A DNA stretch of 64,000 nt from Eledone cirrhosa (GCA_964016885.1 OZ024740.1:373302001-373366000); one strand, 5' to 3'. Shown: positions 1-15,405, counted from the first letter of the stretch. Program-made: numbers and translations. The notes: a model not told the origin generated them from the letters alone.

Positions 1-32
<32 letters not shown>

Positions 33-44
33 ACACACACATAT

Positions 45-560
45 TTGTTGTGAAAGAGTCATTTCTCAATCTTGGCGCAAAACCAATTTTTTATCCACAT
101 GACATCTACCGACCAATCAAAATTGTTTTGACCAATAATTTTTGCTGGAGCCACTTTTTTAACATTTTAACATAAAAACGGTCTTGGCGCAAAATCAACT
201 TTTTACATTCACATGACCTCTACCGACCAATCAAAATTGTTTTGACCACAAGCATTTTTGCAACACAAAAATAACGCTGGAGCCACTTTTTTAACATAAA
301 AACAGGTAGAATTCCCAAAACTAATCAGATCAGAGCAAACAGCACGGACACTCTATCTCAAAATTATTTTTGAAAAGCATTCAGAAATGCGCAACCGGTG
401 AAAACTTAAAAACTTAAAACCACAACTGAATACTAACCCATACAATCACTAATACTCTTTTATTCCTAATTAAACCATTTTTCAACTGTGAACAATTTGT
501 CAGCATTTTCTATTCCGTTTCCCAATATATAATAACTTGTGTGTTACACCTCTATTCTTT

Positions 561-563
<3 letters not shown>
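45..563 (+). mobile_element. Family A element, unfolded copy, with internal ~112-bp tandem duplication
   Basis: 326-563 matches one arm of the palindromes at 13551-13958 and 33187-33580. 70-181 and 182-306 are tandem copies carrying TTGGCGCAAAA and GACCAATCA. Flanked by (CA)n and (TA)n. Confidence 0.65.
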
Positions 564-622
<59 letters not shown>

Positions 623-784
623 TACATGGGTGTGTATGATTGTGAATAGAATATTATATTAATAAAAGGAATTCCAACTTTGTCTGATTTACTCGTTTTA
701 TTTACAATCCTTTAAAATTTTTAAAAATTCATAATGGTATTAGAATGAAATAGTATGGCAGAATATTAAATGTTAAGTGTTAAT

Positions 785-823
785 TGAACAAGTACTTTCA
801 TGCTTTCGCAATCTTCAGGTTCA
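785..823 (-). ncRNA. Minimal type I hammerhead ribozyme motif (Neptune-like PLE)
   Basis: Minus strand: TGAAC-CTGAAGA-T-TGC gaaa GCA-T-GAAA-GTAC-TT-GTTCA. Stem I is TGAAC/GTTCA and stem III (AAGTACTT) is palindromic. Confidence 0.8.
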
Positions 824-1342
824 TAATGTGTGGTGACAGTCAAGTTTTCAATTTTAAACTGTAATGAGATGGGTAAATTTTGTGCCGTATATACGGTGAA
901 AAGAGGGTCCAGAATGCTAAATCTTGCAAACTGTATTTCGACCAATCGCTCTGTAGTTACACTGGATTACTAAAGCTGATTGGTTTAGGCGTCACGGTTG
1001 GTTGAGCATATCTAACGACTACTCATTGATCCTATCCAAAGCATCAATTGTTTTGCTATTTTTAGAAATGATGAAAATAGAATTTTCTAGTAATCATCAC
1101 TATCAACATCACTTTTTTATTATTATTATTGTTGTTGTTGTTGTTAGTGGTTGTAGTCGGAATGGTCGTAGTCATAGTCATAGTAGGAGTAATGACCCAT
1201 TATTATTGTTCATTTAGCTTGGGTTTGAATTTATCAATAACATTCTTTTCTTTGATTTTTCTCTTGATTTCACTTGGGCTGTGTAATTTGTATAATGGGA
1301 TTATTATAAATATTCCCTCCCCACATGTTGATAGATGGTTAC

Positions 1343-3101
1343 TTAGGGGTATCTGACGGACATTTGCTGTCGGTATACCCGTGCACGTTCCGATAGTGCA
1401 TTTCCTGTTTGACCGACATATAGTTCTTCACAATTCGGGCATTTAATGCAGTAAACTAGATTTCTGCTTTTGCAGTTCATATTTGTATTTGGGAATATTT
1501 TTCCAGTTTTTGTTTTCATATATTGACCGGCGTGTATGGATTGACATGTGCCACATCGACTATCATTGCATTTAGATACAGTGAATGATTGGTCTTTGTT
1601 GTTAAGGTCAAACGTTGCTTTTGTTAGTAATTGCTTCAAATTTTTCGGCTGTCTTTTACTAAGAGTCAAAGATCGATCTGTGATTAAGTCTTTTAATTCA
1701 TTACTTTAAGCAATGATCGGTACGTTTGCTTTAGCAGTGTTGAAGATATTCTGGTGACATGGGTTGTGTGTCATTATAAATGGTATGACCAGTTCTTGGT
1801 TTCTTCTTCCTTGGGTTGTCCTAAGTTGTTGTATAGGTATTTTCATAGCCCGCTGTATGGCATTTTCTATAAGTAGATATGGGTATTTTTGTTTGAGCAA
1901 ACATTCTCTTAGTTCTGTTATGCGTTTGTACCTCGTATTCGTATCTTCTACAATGGTACAGATTCTTCTGGCTAGGCAGTATGGGATGTTGCGTTTTGTA
2001 TGAGGTGGATGGCACGACTGAAAATTCAGATATTGATGGGTGTCTGTGTGTTTATAATATATATCCGTGGTAATGGTCGTGTCGTTTTTGATTATCATTA
2101 TATCTAGGAATGGTAATTTGGTCCTACTCATCTCTTTTGTGAATTGGAGAGATGGGTGTAGGTTATTCAGGAGGATATTGAACTCATCCAGAGTATCTAG
2201 AGATTATGTCCAGATGATGAAACAGTTGTCAAGGTATCTCTTCCAATATTTTTCAATGTACTTTCTAAAGTCAGTACTATGTTTTTCCTCTATTTCTTGG
2301 TAGAGTTGTTGTTCTAAGTATCCCATTACAGATTTCGCCTAAATGGGAGCAAACTTCGTTCCCATCGCTTTGCCTCTAATTTGGATGTAATTCTTTCCAT
2401 TGAAGAAGAAAGTGTTTTTTTTCAGAATAAGTTTAACTGCGTCTAATATAAATGGCGCTGTGAATCTGGTGGGAATCCCTTCTCTGTTTTTCCACCCAGT
2501 ATTTAACCGCCTTTATTCCTAAATCATGTGTAATGTTGGTGTAAAGGCTTACCATATCAAAACTAAGTAGAAGTGAATTCGTTTCCGTGGTTTTAGGAAG
2601 ATGGGTCAGGAAGTCGATATCATCCCCGATGAAGCTGGGTATCTGAATACGTAGTGGTTTCAAAATAATGTCAACAAAATTGCTTAGACGGTGGGTGGAG
2701 CATGTTGGACCAGCTATAATAGGTTTAAGTTTTAAGTCTTTTGGGTGTAATAATTTAATGTACTCACTGTTTTGTTCTCTTACTGCCAGTTGTATTTCTT
2801 TTGACTTATGAACTTTCGGTAGGCCATACAGGTTGCTGTGTTTTGGCTCAAAATTGGTGATGTAGTCCCTTTCCTTATCAGTAAGTGAGTTGTTGTATTT
2901 TGAAGCCAGGTTGTTGATCTATTTATGATATTGTGGTCTATATTTGACGGTATTTCATGATAGAATGCTGTGTCTTTCAGTTGTTCCTCAACCAAATCCT
3001 TGTAGTATTCAGCATCCATTATAACAACTGCACCCCCTTTATCTGCTTGTTTAATTATTATTGTTTTATCATTTTGTATATGTTTAAGTGCAGACATTTC
3101 A

Positions 3102-3103
<2 letters not shown>
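1343..3103 (-). pseudogene. Fragmented PLE RT-GIY-YIG ORF
   Basis: Split over ORFs 2780-3190, 2433-2663, 1706-2131 and 1343-1669 by frameshifts and stops. The catalytic motif reads YLDN (about 2225-2236) instead of YxDD. Confidence 0.88.
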
Positions 3104-3154
<51 letters not shown>

Positions 3155-3382
3155 ATGCATGTGTGTATGTCTGTGTGTATAAGAATCCATGTTGCGTGTG
3201 ATAATTCATCACGTTCTTTCCTTTTTTTCTTTAAGATTGCAGACTATCACTTTTGGCATATAATATGACAAATGTTCACACTAAATAGAGCAATGTAGTA
3301 GAGCCAGAAACATTACTTCCTCATCACCGAAAATAATTTACCCACTGAAGTAGCATTTTTTTAAGCCTCTACAATTCATAAT

Positions 3383-3566
3383 TGTTTCTACGTTTGGCAC
3401 AAGGCCAGCAAATACCCAGTGCATTACTGGTACTTTATTTTATCGACTCCGTACGGATGAAAGGCAAAGTTAACCTCGACGGGATTTGAACTCAGACCGT
3501 AAACGGACATAACTATGCTAGAAAGCATGGCGTCCGACCTTCTACCGATACTGCCAAATCACCGCC
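3383..3566 (-). mobile_element. tRNA-derived SINE (family S1) with target-site duplication
   Basis: A-box-like TGGCAGTATCGG, B-box GAGTTCAAATCC and core GCCTTTCATCC..GTCGATAAAATAAAGTACC. Flanking direct repeat GCCTCTACAATTCATAAT at 3365-3382 and 3564-3581. Confidence 0.9.
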
Positions 3567-6500
3567 TCTACAATTCATAATGCTCTCGCTTATGCTACAC
3601 ACATTTTATCAGAGACGTATGTTTTAGTACAATCACTGTAGTAATTTTCCTGATTGGCTTTTTGTATTGTGGCGGCGCAAAATGGGCTTAGATTTCAATG
3701 AATGAAATGCAGAGAGAGCGAGAATGACAGAGATGGAGGGGGATTCTGTCAAATCGTTAGAGCAGTTTCCTATACACATATTTAACCCAAGGTATACATG
3801 AAAAGGAGTTTTCTACGGATGGCACCATCGGATAATCATAAATGAAACATTGTCGTCCACCGTAGTTTTAATCACTCACCACTTTCTCAAATCAGACTTA
3901 ATCTAGAGACGATAAAGGCAAAGCAGGCACAAAAAAGTTGTTAATAATTTGTTATGCACTTTTCATTCACACTCTTTCACAGCGTGCTGTGTAGGCACGT
4001 AACTAAGAATGTTATGAGAAAATTATTATAGGATTGTTACGGGCGTTGTTTATTTCGTTTCAGAGTGACCTTAGTATATGTATATTCTTTAAAGAATGTG
4101 CCCATTGCATATACTTTCACTCTGAATAAAGGATTCAAATTATGTCGATATATTTTCAAATGAACATTGGATGATGTTTTCTGCAGTATCGAAATAAGTT
4201 TTCTATAAATTATTCCTCCCTATTTGTGAAGAGACAGTGCTAAACGTTGCATTATATTTTGAAATAACAAAAACAGTATATTAAATCTTTGGGGAACTTA
4301 CGTCTGATAATGGAATTCATTATGTGGATGTAAAAATTGCATATATATATATGATAATAAAATGTACAATAACTGAATGAACATTTAATACCTGGGTGTT
4401 AACTGTATATTTAATTTTCTAAGAAAATAGAAGCTTTGTCGTTACATATGGTTGCCAGATGATACGAGGAAACTGAATCTCATCTGTTAGCGTCATTCTT
4501 ATATAGTTTGTGTGTGTGTTTGTGGATTTGTGGGTTTTGTATGTGTTGCTGAGTGTGAATGTGTGTCAGTGTCCAAGTATTCACACGAGAGAAAATAGTG
4601 TGTCAAGGAGTGGAACTATTTGCGCTGTTTCCATTGATGATGTATTGCTTAAAGCTTTAACACAACAATCATATTTGATCTTTCAGTCGCATATTTCTTA
4701 GTATTCAACGCACACTGCATCTGAATACGACTGAATGTCATTGGATGATGAGTGAGACACTATCATGTTCGGCATATTTGGTGACGAGCTACAGTTGACG
4801 TTTAATATGTATATTGGGAATTTGGGATAATTTTCTGTTGATTTGGCTTGAGCGTATTCATTTTTATAAGTGTTGTTTTGGGGGATTTGCTTGGGATACG
4901 TCTAAAATCAGTGCTGGATTTTGAATCACTGTATCTGATATGTTATGTGTTCTTATGCTTTGTGTGTTTCTCTTGATATAACAAGTTAAAGAATATTAAT
5001 TATAATGACAATTTGGAATGGAAACGGGAATCTCGTAGAAACTTTAGACAACAATGAAAACGGTGTGTTGTTAGGTGATATAACCTGCTGAGCTACTATA
5101 TCAGACAACAAACGATATACACATGGTTCATGATTAACCGTAGCGAGAAACGTGTCTGTTCCATAACATGATCATATTTGTGTTTCTTATCAGAACACTT
5201 AATATGATCATTCTATCTCTTATATAAAATTACTAGCAGAAATCTTATTGCACTACTACATTTCAGTTTCTGGTGACTGATTTTTCACATGAATACAAAG
5301 CTCCACAAATTTACCTATAGGCCAGCAGTCTATGACTTTCATCTTTACTCCATGCACTTAAATCTCTAATGTTATATTTACTTATGAAGCGCGATGAAAG
5401 TCTGTGTCTAATCAATAATCTTAATCGATTATTTTCTTTTTTATTAGTGTGGATTGCACAATGTCAAGGCGACCATATTTAGAAAGCATTCTGTTCCTCG
5501 GGAAACATATTTTCCCGACAGGACTGGATGTATTGAAGTAGTAGAAAGTGTTTGCGTACTGTTTAGTATCTATAACAAGATAGTCTTTGTATCTGTAATT
5601 TTATTTCTAAATCTGTTTCCGAAAACCTATTAGTTTCATTCTTATTTCAATACCGTACAGAATTTATATTCCGCATCGAATGAGGTCGTGTGGCATATAC
5701 CATAATATTTAAGTTCTCACTAGTTATTTCTATTCAGACAGTTTCTTATAAGAGCATATTGTAAGTATCTGCGGAGAATATATGTTAGAAATAGATGCGT
5801 AACACTGTGTTAATCTGACAAGGACGCCAGTAACTGCGAACATGAACGAGGAAACAATGACTACAAACATGCTAAACATTCTACTTCAATTATTATTGGA
5901 TTTCAATGTAATTTTTCTTCACGACACTTCTGCTGTTGCAATTATTTTGCAAATAACATGACCTGGATTTTATCAATTTTCAAATACGTTGGCTGGTTAA
6001 TCACCTTTGACCTTACAAGTTCGTAACCCGTATATTTAATCTTACTACCCTGACATGTCTGCCCCAATACAATTGAATTTTTAAAGCACATTAAATCATT
6101 CTGAATGTCCGTCCATAGATTCTAGGTCTGTGTAGGTCACTATTTCGTGAGAGCAACAGAAACATATTGGTAAATGTGTGTGACAGTTAATAGATTATCG
6201 CCCAGTATTACACTCTATGTTATGTCTTTGAGAATGTGTGCATTCTTTTGTATGTTAGTTTAAATTGTTATAGCGAATAGAAGATACACAAAGTTCATAA
6301 TCATTTCCAAACTGCTAATCAGATTAGATAGATACTTAGATCAAAATCTGCCCGATTGGTCCTCGTGCGTGTAATGCAATTTGGTAGAGACGAAACTTTT
6401 CAAATGTCAAAATGTTTAAAATGCTCTATAATAGCTAATAGGGTCATTTATGAATTACTATCTTCATACATTACCCAGCCCCACACACACAAACAAAGAC

Positions 6501-6678
6501 ACACCCATTAATACACACACACATGTACACACACACGTACATGCAACACACACACACATACGAAACATAAGTCAATTGCAATAGCTCATAATGGTTTATT
6601 TACTGCTACATATATTTGGATGATAGCCATTGAATGGCTATGACCTCATCAGGCAGTTAGTCAGTTCTTAGACATGCC

Positions 6679-6759
<81 letters not shown>

Positions 6760-6998
6760 ATATATATATATATATATATATCAGCAACAATAATTCACCT
6801 ACGCTTGAGTTCACCAAATATTTCTCAATCGCTTTAAATATTGTGATATTTCTTATTTTTGAACTGTCGACTTAAACATTTCTTTTTCAACAAATATATT
6901 TGAAACATATTATTCCGTTGCTACCTCCTATACATATGTATGTATATCTATCTATTTATATATAGGTTATTAGGTCGGAAACTTGTAGTTACTAGTTT

Positions 6999-7031
<33 letters not shown>

Positions 7032-7051
7032 TACATATATATCTAATATAT

Positions 7052-7167
7052 ATAAGTTGAAAAAAATGAAAACGAAATTTCATTTCTCACTCTTAGTATG
7101 GCACTTGCTTAAATGTAAGTATGTATGTATACGTACATACATATATGTATACAGACGTACAGTAGCA

Positions 7168-7245
<78 letters not shown>

Positions 7246-7665
7246 CAGGTACACATACATATATGCACGCATCAGTTTAGCGCACGCTTATTATAACGCC
7301 GCTTTGTTCGTTTGTCACCAAACTGAACAGCTTGATTTTATGCCATACGGTGTTAAGGCAACCACGTCACCTTTTTGTTCAACTCTGACACAGGAACGAT
7401 GTACTAGTTTCAAGCTTGTTAGCTATCATCAGCACCGTTTACCCATCTGCCAGATAGTTGAACGTTCGAAAGTATATACTTTCCTTATGAAAATTAACGG
7501 CTGAGCAGCCTAATTTGCATATTGAGTGAGTTAAATCGGTCAGGCATACCGAAAACGATAAGTTGAAAAAAATGAAAACGAAATTTCATTTCTCACTCTT
7601 AGTATGGCACTTACTTAAATGTAAGTATGTATGTATACGTACATACATATATGTATACAGACGTA
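7052..7665. repeat. Non-coding ~506-bp unit with ~108-bp terminal direct repeat
   Basis: 7052-7159 is repeated at 7558-7665. Related sequence occurs as an inverted pair at about 23700-23991. Confidence 0.75.
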
Positions 7666-7741
7666 TATATATATATAGTTAGAGAATCCTTCTCTTAATG
7701 CTTACCTGTGTTTTCTCTTTTATACTATATATATATATATA

Positions 7742-7805
<64 letters not shown>

Positions 7806-7807
<2 letters not shown>

Positions 7808-7930
7808 AAAAAAGTCGAAAAGGCGTGAGCTCTGCCGTCGGGTTAAACATTTTCCTATTACCCTCTCTACTACCCTAAGTATTGAGTACTCTGGTGCGTT
7901 ATGGTCCATATGGTTCCTTACCACACTTCA
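7806..7930 (+). mobile_element. Solo 3' end of PLE family D (half HHR plus full tail)
   Basis: GTCGAAAAGGCGTGAGCTCTGCCGTCGGG matches 23610, 40935 and 62763. The tail matches 40880-40926 in reverse complement. Confidence 0.65.
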
Positions 7931-10608
7931 TATTTATATATATGGGTGGTATGTGTGTGAGAGTGTATGCATATGTATCGGATTATTATGGTATTAAATA
8001 TTTCCATTCAAATTAATTTGAACGATTTTAATAAGTAAACATTCCGAGATCGTTTTACTCTGTTTAATCTTTCTTTGATGAGAGTTATAAATAAATTATA
8101 TAAAAGTTTTATTAAATAGCTACAGTTAATAAAATACTTAATCAGATGGTTTGTAGAAAAAAAGACAGAATCACAGATTAAATAAACTTTATTATTCAGT
8201 TACCAATTGTTATATTTACTACACTTATTCCCAATACATTTTCGAGTACGCGTGACAATGAAGTATTATAGTTCACATTGTGCCAGAAGACATGAATTCT
8301 ATCCTAAACAATACATCTTACTAAAGGCATCAACACAATGTTTTCTTTCAAAGGCATCATTGTTCACAAGTCATAATATAAAACAATAATATATGACCGA
8401 GAGCGAAGTAGCTTATTCCTTTGATATACTTTATGGTGTTGGATTACTATCAAAATAGTATCAGAAATTACTATCAAAATAGTAAAGAATTATCTCTAGA
8501 GAATTATATTGTACTAAAATAGTAAAACAAAAGAAACGAAAAATATGGAAGTTCATTGGAATGTTTACGAACATTAGTGCTTTAGCAATTGCACTGTAAA
8601 ATACACATATACACATGCATCTCTATCTCTCTCTCTCACTAGCTATATATCTATCAACCTATCAATGTTCCATACATTATTGCTTGAATTCGTAGTTGCA
8701 ATCACTACAAAATGGCCCTAAATACGTAATCACTGAAGTGAATGTACAACATTTTATAAAATACATGATAAATTGTCGTATACCTTCCTATATAATCGAA
8801 GTTTCCCAAAACATGTTGATCGCAGTTCGTTCGTCAGCTGACGAAAACAGTAAGCTCATCTTTCTTCGGCCCCAATTCAACAAGTATACGCCAATTTGCC
8901 CTGTATTCAATTCTATATATATATGTATGTGTGTGTGTGTGTGTCTGTGTATGTTTGCGTTTGTGTGTGTATGTGTGTACGTGTGAGTGTATGTGTGTGT
9001 GAATACACATATATATATATATATATAAATAACAGTGTTAACCGCAGAGATTATTATACAACTGTAGCTTAAAATGTGGCTAAGTTCCATGTCTCAATGT
9101 TAATGCACTCTTGATTTGGCATCCCGTGTGAGTAAGTGTATGTGTGTGCATGCTTGCGCGCTTGTGAGTGCGCGCGCATGTGCGGGAATTTAGTCCTTTA
9201 GGAGAAATTTATTTCATCATATTATGAAGGCCTATATTATTGCAATATCATAGAAAGATGTAAATACGGTATATTGCATTTATCTAGATGTGTAACTAAT
9301 TATTGTTCAAATTACAGATGAACTATGCATTCAGTTTAGTTTATTATTTTCATTAAACCACTTAGTGATGTGCTTGTAGAAACAAAGGCATATTTACACA
9401 AAATATGTTCTGCCCTATTTAGTTATAGCCATTAGTTATGGCATTATTACGAACATTCAAATTAGAGTCAGTAAGACAGTAAGACAGTAATGAAATAAAC
9501 GTTGTATACACCCAAAAGGTGTTAGATATATCCCAAACAATATAGCCAACTAATGTTCTTTCATTTGTTTTTTCTTTAATATATTACTTATATTACTTCC
9601 TAAGAAAAGGATCCTCTATTACCTAGGGTGAAATGTGTGTTTTTCTGATACGAATTTCATAACAATTAAAATGTTAAAAATAATAACTAAGTAATTATAT
9701 TCGAACGGAAATCTAATAACAAAATAATAAATATGCAAATATCCATAAGGTTTTCCAAAGTTCATTATGAATGTAGAGATATATTTACCGACTTATATAT
9801 AAACATGCACGCATTCATATTGCACGCACACATATATATACACACAGTCTCCCACACAAGCTCGCATTGACTCATTCATATTTACACACACACACACATA
9901 CACACACAGACATATATATATAGTTGTATATAGTTAGGTAGGTAGGTAGATATACAATTACGCATGTATATAAAGAGAGTAAGAGTAATAAATAGAGATA
10001 GATAGGTACACAGTGATTTGTTTGGAAGCTACCACCATGTGAATTTGATGTTAAATGTTTATCAAAATATAACATTGATTCTGGCTATACCTTTGCAGTT
10101 ATGTAGAAGTGCTTATATATCGGGCATCAGGGGTTTAAAGAAATATCCCGATCAGAGCTGTATGTTTGTCGTTCTGTAGCGTTAATTGTTTGAAAGTTAT
10201 TTTCTTTTCCTTTCAATACTGAACATGCTAATTGGTTCTAAGCTATGTTCTGTTCTACAGCAGAGTTCTAGTCTATAAAGACATACAATAAACTGCAAGA
10301 TAACATCCCCACTTCATTGTTATCATATTTGTAGCATATACATTATAATTTCTATTGTGTTAACGTTCAAACAAAATTCTATTTACTATACTTTACACAA
10401 GGCTTCAAGCAACTACAACACGTACTTTAAAGAAACAATTTGAGGCAATTTCGGATTGTAAACGTACACTGCATGAACTATTTATATATTACAGCCCAAC
10501 ATTAAACCCTAACGGATGATATGGACACAATGCAGATGATACACTTCATGATGTGGTAGCTAAGAACAATCAAACATTATACTCAATTTACACAGACACA
10601 CACGCACA

Positions 10609-10693
<85 letters not shown>

Positions 10694-11216
10694 GTATATA
10701 TGTATGTATGTATATGTAAAACAATATTCGAGTGTACGTTTGTATCTGTATATATTCATATACACGTACATGTGTGTTTGCAAATGTGCGTATATATATG
10801 TACATATGTGCGTATAATTTTCATACACTATATTTTTGTTACCGCATGCATTCCACATCAGCCATCGCATACTTATGTATGAGACAAAATTCGAAAACAT
10901 TAATATTAATAATTTCATTATTATCATTAATAATATCTCCAGTAATTTTGCGTTTAATCATTTCACTAATCTTAATATCATTTTGTATATATGTCAGTTG
11001 GGTATAATGAGGAAGTCACATCTAACGTGTTTGGGGTTGTAACGTGTGTTGCTACACATTGTCCGCGGAAATGCCTTCACCATTTTGTCCGCGGGGCACA
11101 GCGGCATTACCGCTTTGACCTATGTGTAAAGTATGTCACTCCTTCCCCTTACCACTTTCTTTATTCCTATGTCTAGTAGTCATTGGTCTTGATCTCCTTA
11201 CATTTATAGAATTTAT

Positions 11217-11390
11217 AATTGTTTCTACTTTTGGCACAAGGCCAGCAATTTCCAGTACATTACTGGTACTTTATTTTATCGACTTCTGTAAGGATGAAAG
11301 GCAAAGTTAACTTCGGCGGGATTTGAACTCAGATCGTAAAGGGACGTAACTATGCTGGAAAGCATATCCGACCCTCTACCTATACTGCCA
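11217..11390 (-). mobile_element. SINE S1
   Basis: Same consensus as the 3383-3566 copy. Confidence 0.88.
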
Positions 11391-11682
11391 AAATGCTTTT
11401 TAATACTGCTTTCTTTTTCAGTATATTTTATTTTCTACCGGCTATATTTGGTCCTTCTTATTGCTTTTAATATTTATTTACAGATATTTCTCACTTTCAG
11501 ATGATCCCGCTTTAGGTGAAATCAAAAGCTAGTCTCTTAATCTTTGAGTCTGTACTGATAAATATATATTTGCTCTACGCGTTTATATATACCTATACAG
11601 TGTATACAGACATTATCAAACCCTCTGTCTTATGATTAATTATATATATATAATTTAATATATATATATATATGTATGTATG

Positions 11683-11746
<64 letters not shown>

Positions 11747-12000
11747 TTTAGCGAGGTTTTTTATATGAAATCGTGTGTCGAAACAAATATTGTTATACTT
11801 GGGGAGGGTCATATTTGTGTAATATTGCCAGAATTAATAACATAACACACTCACTGTTTGGTTGGCTTTCGCTTGTCGCTGTCTTTTATATCTGCGATCT
11901 AACTTACTCGGTCCTCAATGTTGCCATTGACTGACCGACGGTCAAAAATAATACAGATACAATATAGACACAAACACATATATATAGTTTACATAATTTA

Positions 12001-12042
12001 CATAAATCTTTCGTTGCACATCTGCAACATCGTCAGTGGTGT
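12001..12042 (-). ncRNA. Hammerhead-like motif, family B
   Basis: CTGACGA-T-GTTGCA gatg TGCAAC-GAAA-GATTTA. Perfect stem II, weak stem I. Confidence 0.68.
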
Positions 12043-13297
12043 AATATTTTTTTCTTCCTCCTGCTGTGTTGTATGTCTACGCCATTTTTTATTCAGTCTG
12101 TCTATATATTTATTTATTTATTTGCTTGTTTGTTTATTTTATTTTGTCTTCTTTGCGCATGCGTTTGCGTGTGTGTATAGTGTTATGTTTGATGTGTGAC
12201 TAGTGTGTATAGTGTTGTGTCTGCTGAGTGACTAGTGTGTGTTTATGTTCTTCTTGTTATTGTGCTTGTGTATGTATTTATTTATCTTATTTTATTTTAT
12301 TTTATTTACTTATTTATACTTCTCTTAGGTCAGTGTTGTTTGTTTGGGTGTTGTTGTTGTTCCATTCATTCTTTCTGTTTAGCTTTGGTCTTCTAATTTC
12401 TATTTCACTGGCCTCTCTGATTTGCCTATCTGCTGGGTCATTCCTATGTTTAGATATTATTCTAATTTCTATGTTGTCTATGTTACCGTCATGTTGTTGT
12501 CTAGCATGTTCGTATAGTACTGACCCGTTTTTTCGTCCTTTTTAGTTCCCCCCAGTGTTGGTCTATCCTTTAACCTATGCTACGAGCTGTCTCACCTATG
12601 TATGCTGTTGTCATGTTTCTGCAAGTACCCTCTGTACATCTTATGCTATAGACTACGTTTCTAGTTTTACAGTTTATCTGGGGGTTCACCTTACATATGA
12701 TACATTTCATATTGGTACAGTGGGTTTTCTTAAAAGGGTAGGTTTTGCTGATCAGGGATTTTATGGTGGTTCCTGGCTTTTCTAACACCTTTATTTTTAA
12801 GTGGGTCTTTCTCAGGGCCTTTCTACACTGATTAGCTAATTTCCTTCCAGGGGTGGCGTCCACAAATATGACACTCTGATATCTCTGGTTGTCGTACCAT
12901 GATGTGGCCTTCCCTATCTTATGTCTAGCCCTATCTAAGCTATTCCATGATTTGCTCCTGTATAATGGGCAAATTTCTTTCATGTCCAGTTCTATGAGGG
13001 TCTTATACTTTTCCATGGCTCCTTCGTATACTCTGACACTGTCTCTTTGGTTGTAGCCAGAGAACTGCATGCAGTTGATGAAGTGTTGGATGTGTCTTTC
13101 CATTTCTGTTGGGTCGCACATGCTGGATACATTCTTCATCACTCGTACCAAATCTGCGATCAGAATATTAAACTTTGCATGCGCAAAGAAGACAAAATAA
13201 AATAAACAAACAAGAAAAATAAATAAATAAATATATAGACAGACTGAATAAAAAATGGCGAAAACATACAACACAACAGGAGGAAGAAAAAAATATA

Positions 13298-13340
13298 ACA
13301 CCACTGACGATGTTGCAGATGTGCAACGAAAGATTTATGT
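13298..13340 (+). ncRNA. Hammerhead-like motif, family B
   Basis: Same core as 12001-12042, in the opposite arm. Confidence 0.68.
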
Positions 13341-13550
13341 AAATTATGTAAACTATATATATGTGTTTGTGTATATATTGTATCTATATTATTTTTGACC
13401 GTCGGTCAGACAATGACAACATTGAGGACCGAGTAAGTTAGATCGCAGATACAAAAGACAGCGAGAAGCGAAAACCAACCAAACAGTGAGTGTGTTCTGT
13501 TATTAATTCTGGCAATATTACACAAATATGACCCTCCCCATATATATATA

Positions 13551-13955
13551 TTGGTAAACGGAAAAGAAAATGCTGACAAATTGTTCACAGTGAATCATAG
13601 TTTAATTAGGAATACGTGGGAATTTGTAATAGAATTGGTTAGTATTCAGATTTGGTTTTAAGTTTTACCGGTTGCGCATTTCTAATGCTTTTCAAACATA
13701 ATTTTGAGATAGAGCGTCCGTGACGTTTGCTGTGATCTGAGCAAACATCACGGACGCTCAATCTCAGAATTATTTTTGAAAAGCATTTGAAATGCGCAAC
13801 CGGTAAAACTTAGAACCAAAACTGAATAGCAAACAATACTATTACTAATTCTCACTTATTCCTAATTAAACTAGTTTTCACTGTGAACAAGTTGTCAGCA
13901 TTTTCTCTTCCGTTCACCAATATATCATAACTTGTGTGTTACACCTCTATTCTTT

Positions 13956-13958
<3 letters not shown>
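13551..13958. mobile_element. Family A fold-back palindrome
   Basis: Arms of about 185 and 220 bp are reverse complements around GATC at 13734-13737. Flanked by (TA)n. Confidence 0.85.
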
Positions 13959-14445
<487 letters not shown>

Positions 14446-14721
14446 TAGTTATGTAATAAACAACATAAAGCCATTGTTTCATTTACCAGTGGTTTCTTAA
14501 AAGCAAACAAATTTTGCTTTCAATCATCAGAATGAAAAAATCCTGGTGTATTTATTGACATTGGATTTGAAAACATAACTATAATCTATATGAAAGTGAG
14601 GCTGGAAAAGGAAGAAGGACAGGAAAAATAAACACACATGCACACACACACATAATTACATATACACACATATATATATATATACACACACATATATATA
14701 CACACATATATATATATATAT

Positions 14722-14766
<45 letters not shown>

Positions 14767-14863
14767 CACATACATATACACATACGTACATACACACAGA
14801 TATATCAACATATCCATACATACACATACACAAATACACAAACACGCACACACACACACATGC

Positions 14864-14928
<65 letters not shown>

Positions 14929-15046
14929 TAATATATATATATATATAAACAATTAAGTTAAAGATGTACATCCATATATGTATACTGAAATACTAGTATG
15001 TATATGAATACACACACGTATAAATTTAATTTCGTTTCGTTATTTG

Positions 15047-15085
<39 letters not shown>

Positions 15086-15088
15086 TAA

Positions 15089-15121
<33 letters not shown>

Positions 15122-15348
15122 CAAACAATCATACATATATACACACACGTACACACACACACATACATACACGCATATATACACGCATACATACGCATGC
15201 ACAGATATAGATATATGTACACACACCTACATACGCACAAGCACAAATAAGAAAAATAAAATAATAAAAATACCGTCAATGAATATAAAAATTATTATAA
15301 AGTTGACAGCGATACAGGCAAAAAATAAATGAACAAACATAAGTAAAG

Positions 15349-15405
<57 letters not shown>

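Larger units (their letters stand above)
619..3103 (-). mobile_element. Degraded Penelope-like element, Neptune-like (RT + Cys linker + GIY-YIG), 5'-truncated
   Basis: Minus-strand fragments read IIIKQADKGGAVVIMD, LLLSFDMVSLYTNI, QIRGKAMGTKFAP, RYLDNCFIIW, LPFLDI..TDIYYKHTDTHQYL, CNDSRCGTC and NLVYCIKCPNC..YVGQTG. Both ends abut (TA)n and there is an HHR in the 3' region. Confidence 0.92.
11742..13540. mobile_element. PLE family B, insertion B1: inverted pair (minus arm 11742-13179, plus arm 13177-13540)
   Basis: The minus arm encodes the RT thumb and EN (MQFSGY, CTNMKCIIC, NVVYSIRC, YIGETARS). The plus arm repeats the 3' non-coding end. GCA microhomology at the junction; (TA)n on both sides. 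Confidence 0.93.

Noticed and set aside
1343-3103. Selenoprotein-type (Naiad) PLE with UGA read-through
   Set aside because: The endonuclease is C-terminal, the disruptions are frameshifts and ordinary stops, and the conserved Cys codons are intact.
12570-13304. 244-aa ORF with a hydrophobic N-terminus fused to a PLE domain
   Set aside because: It is a chimera across the B1 inversion junction; the N-terminus is antisense A-rich UTR.
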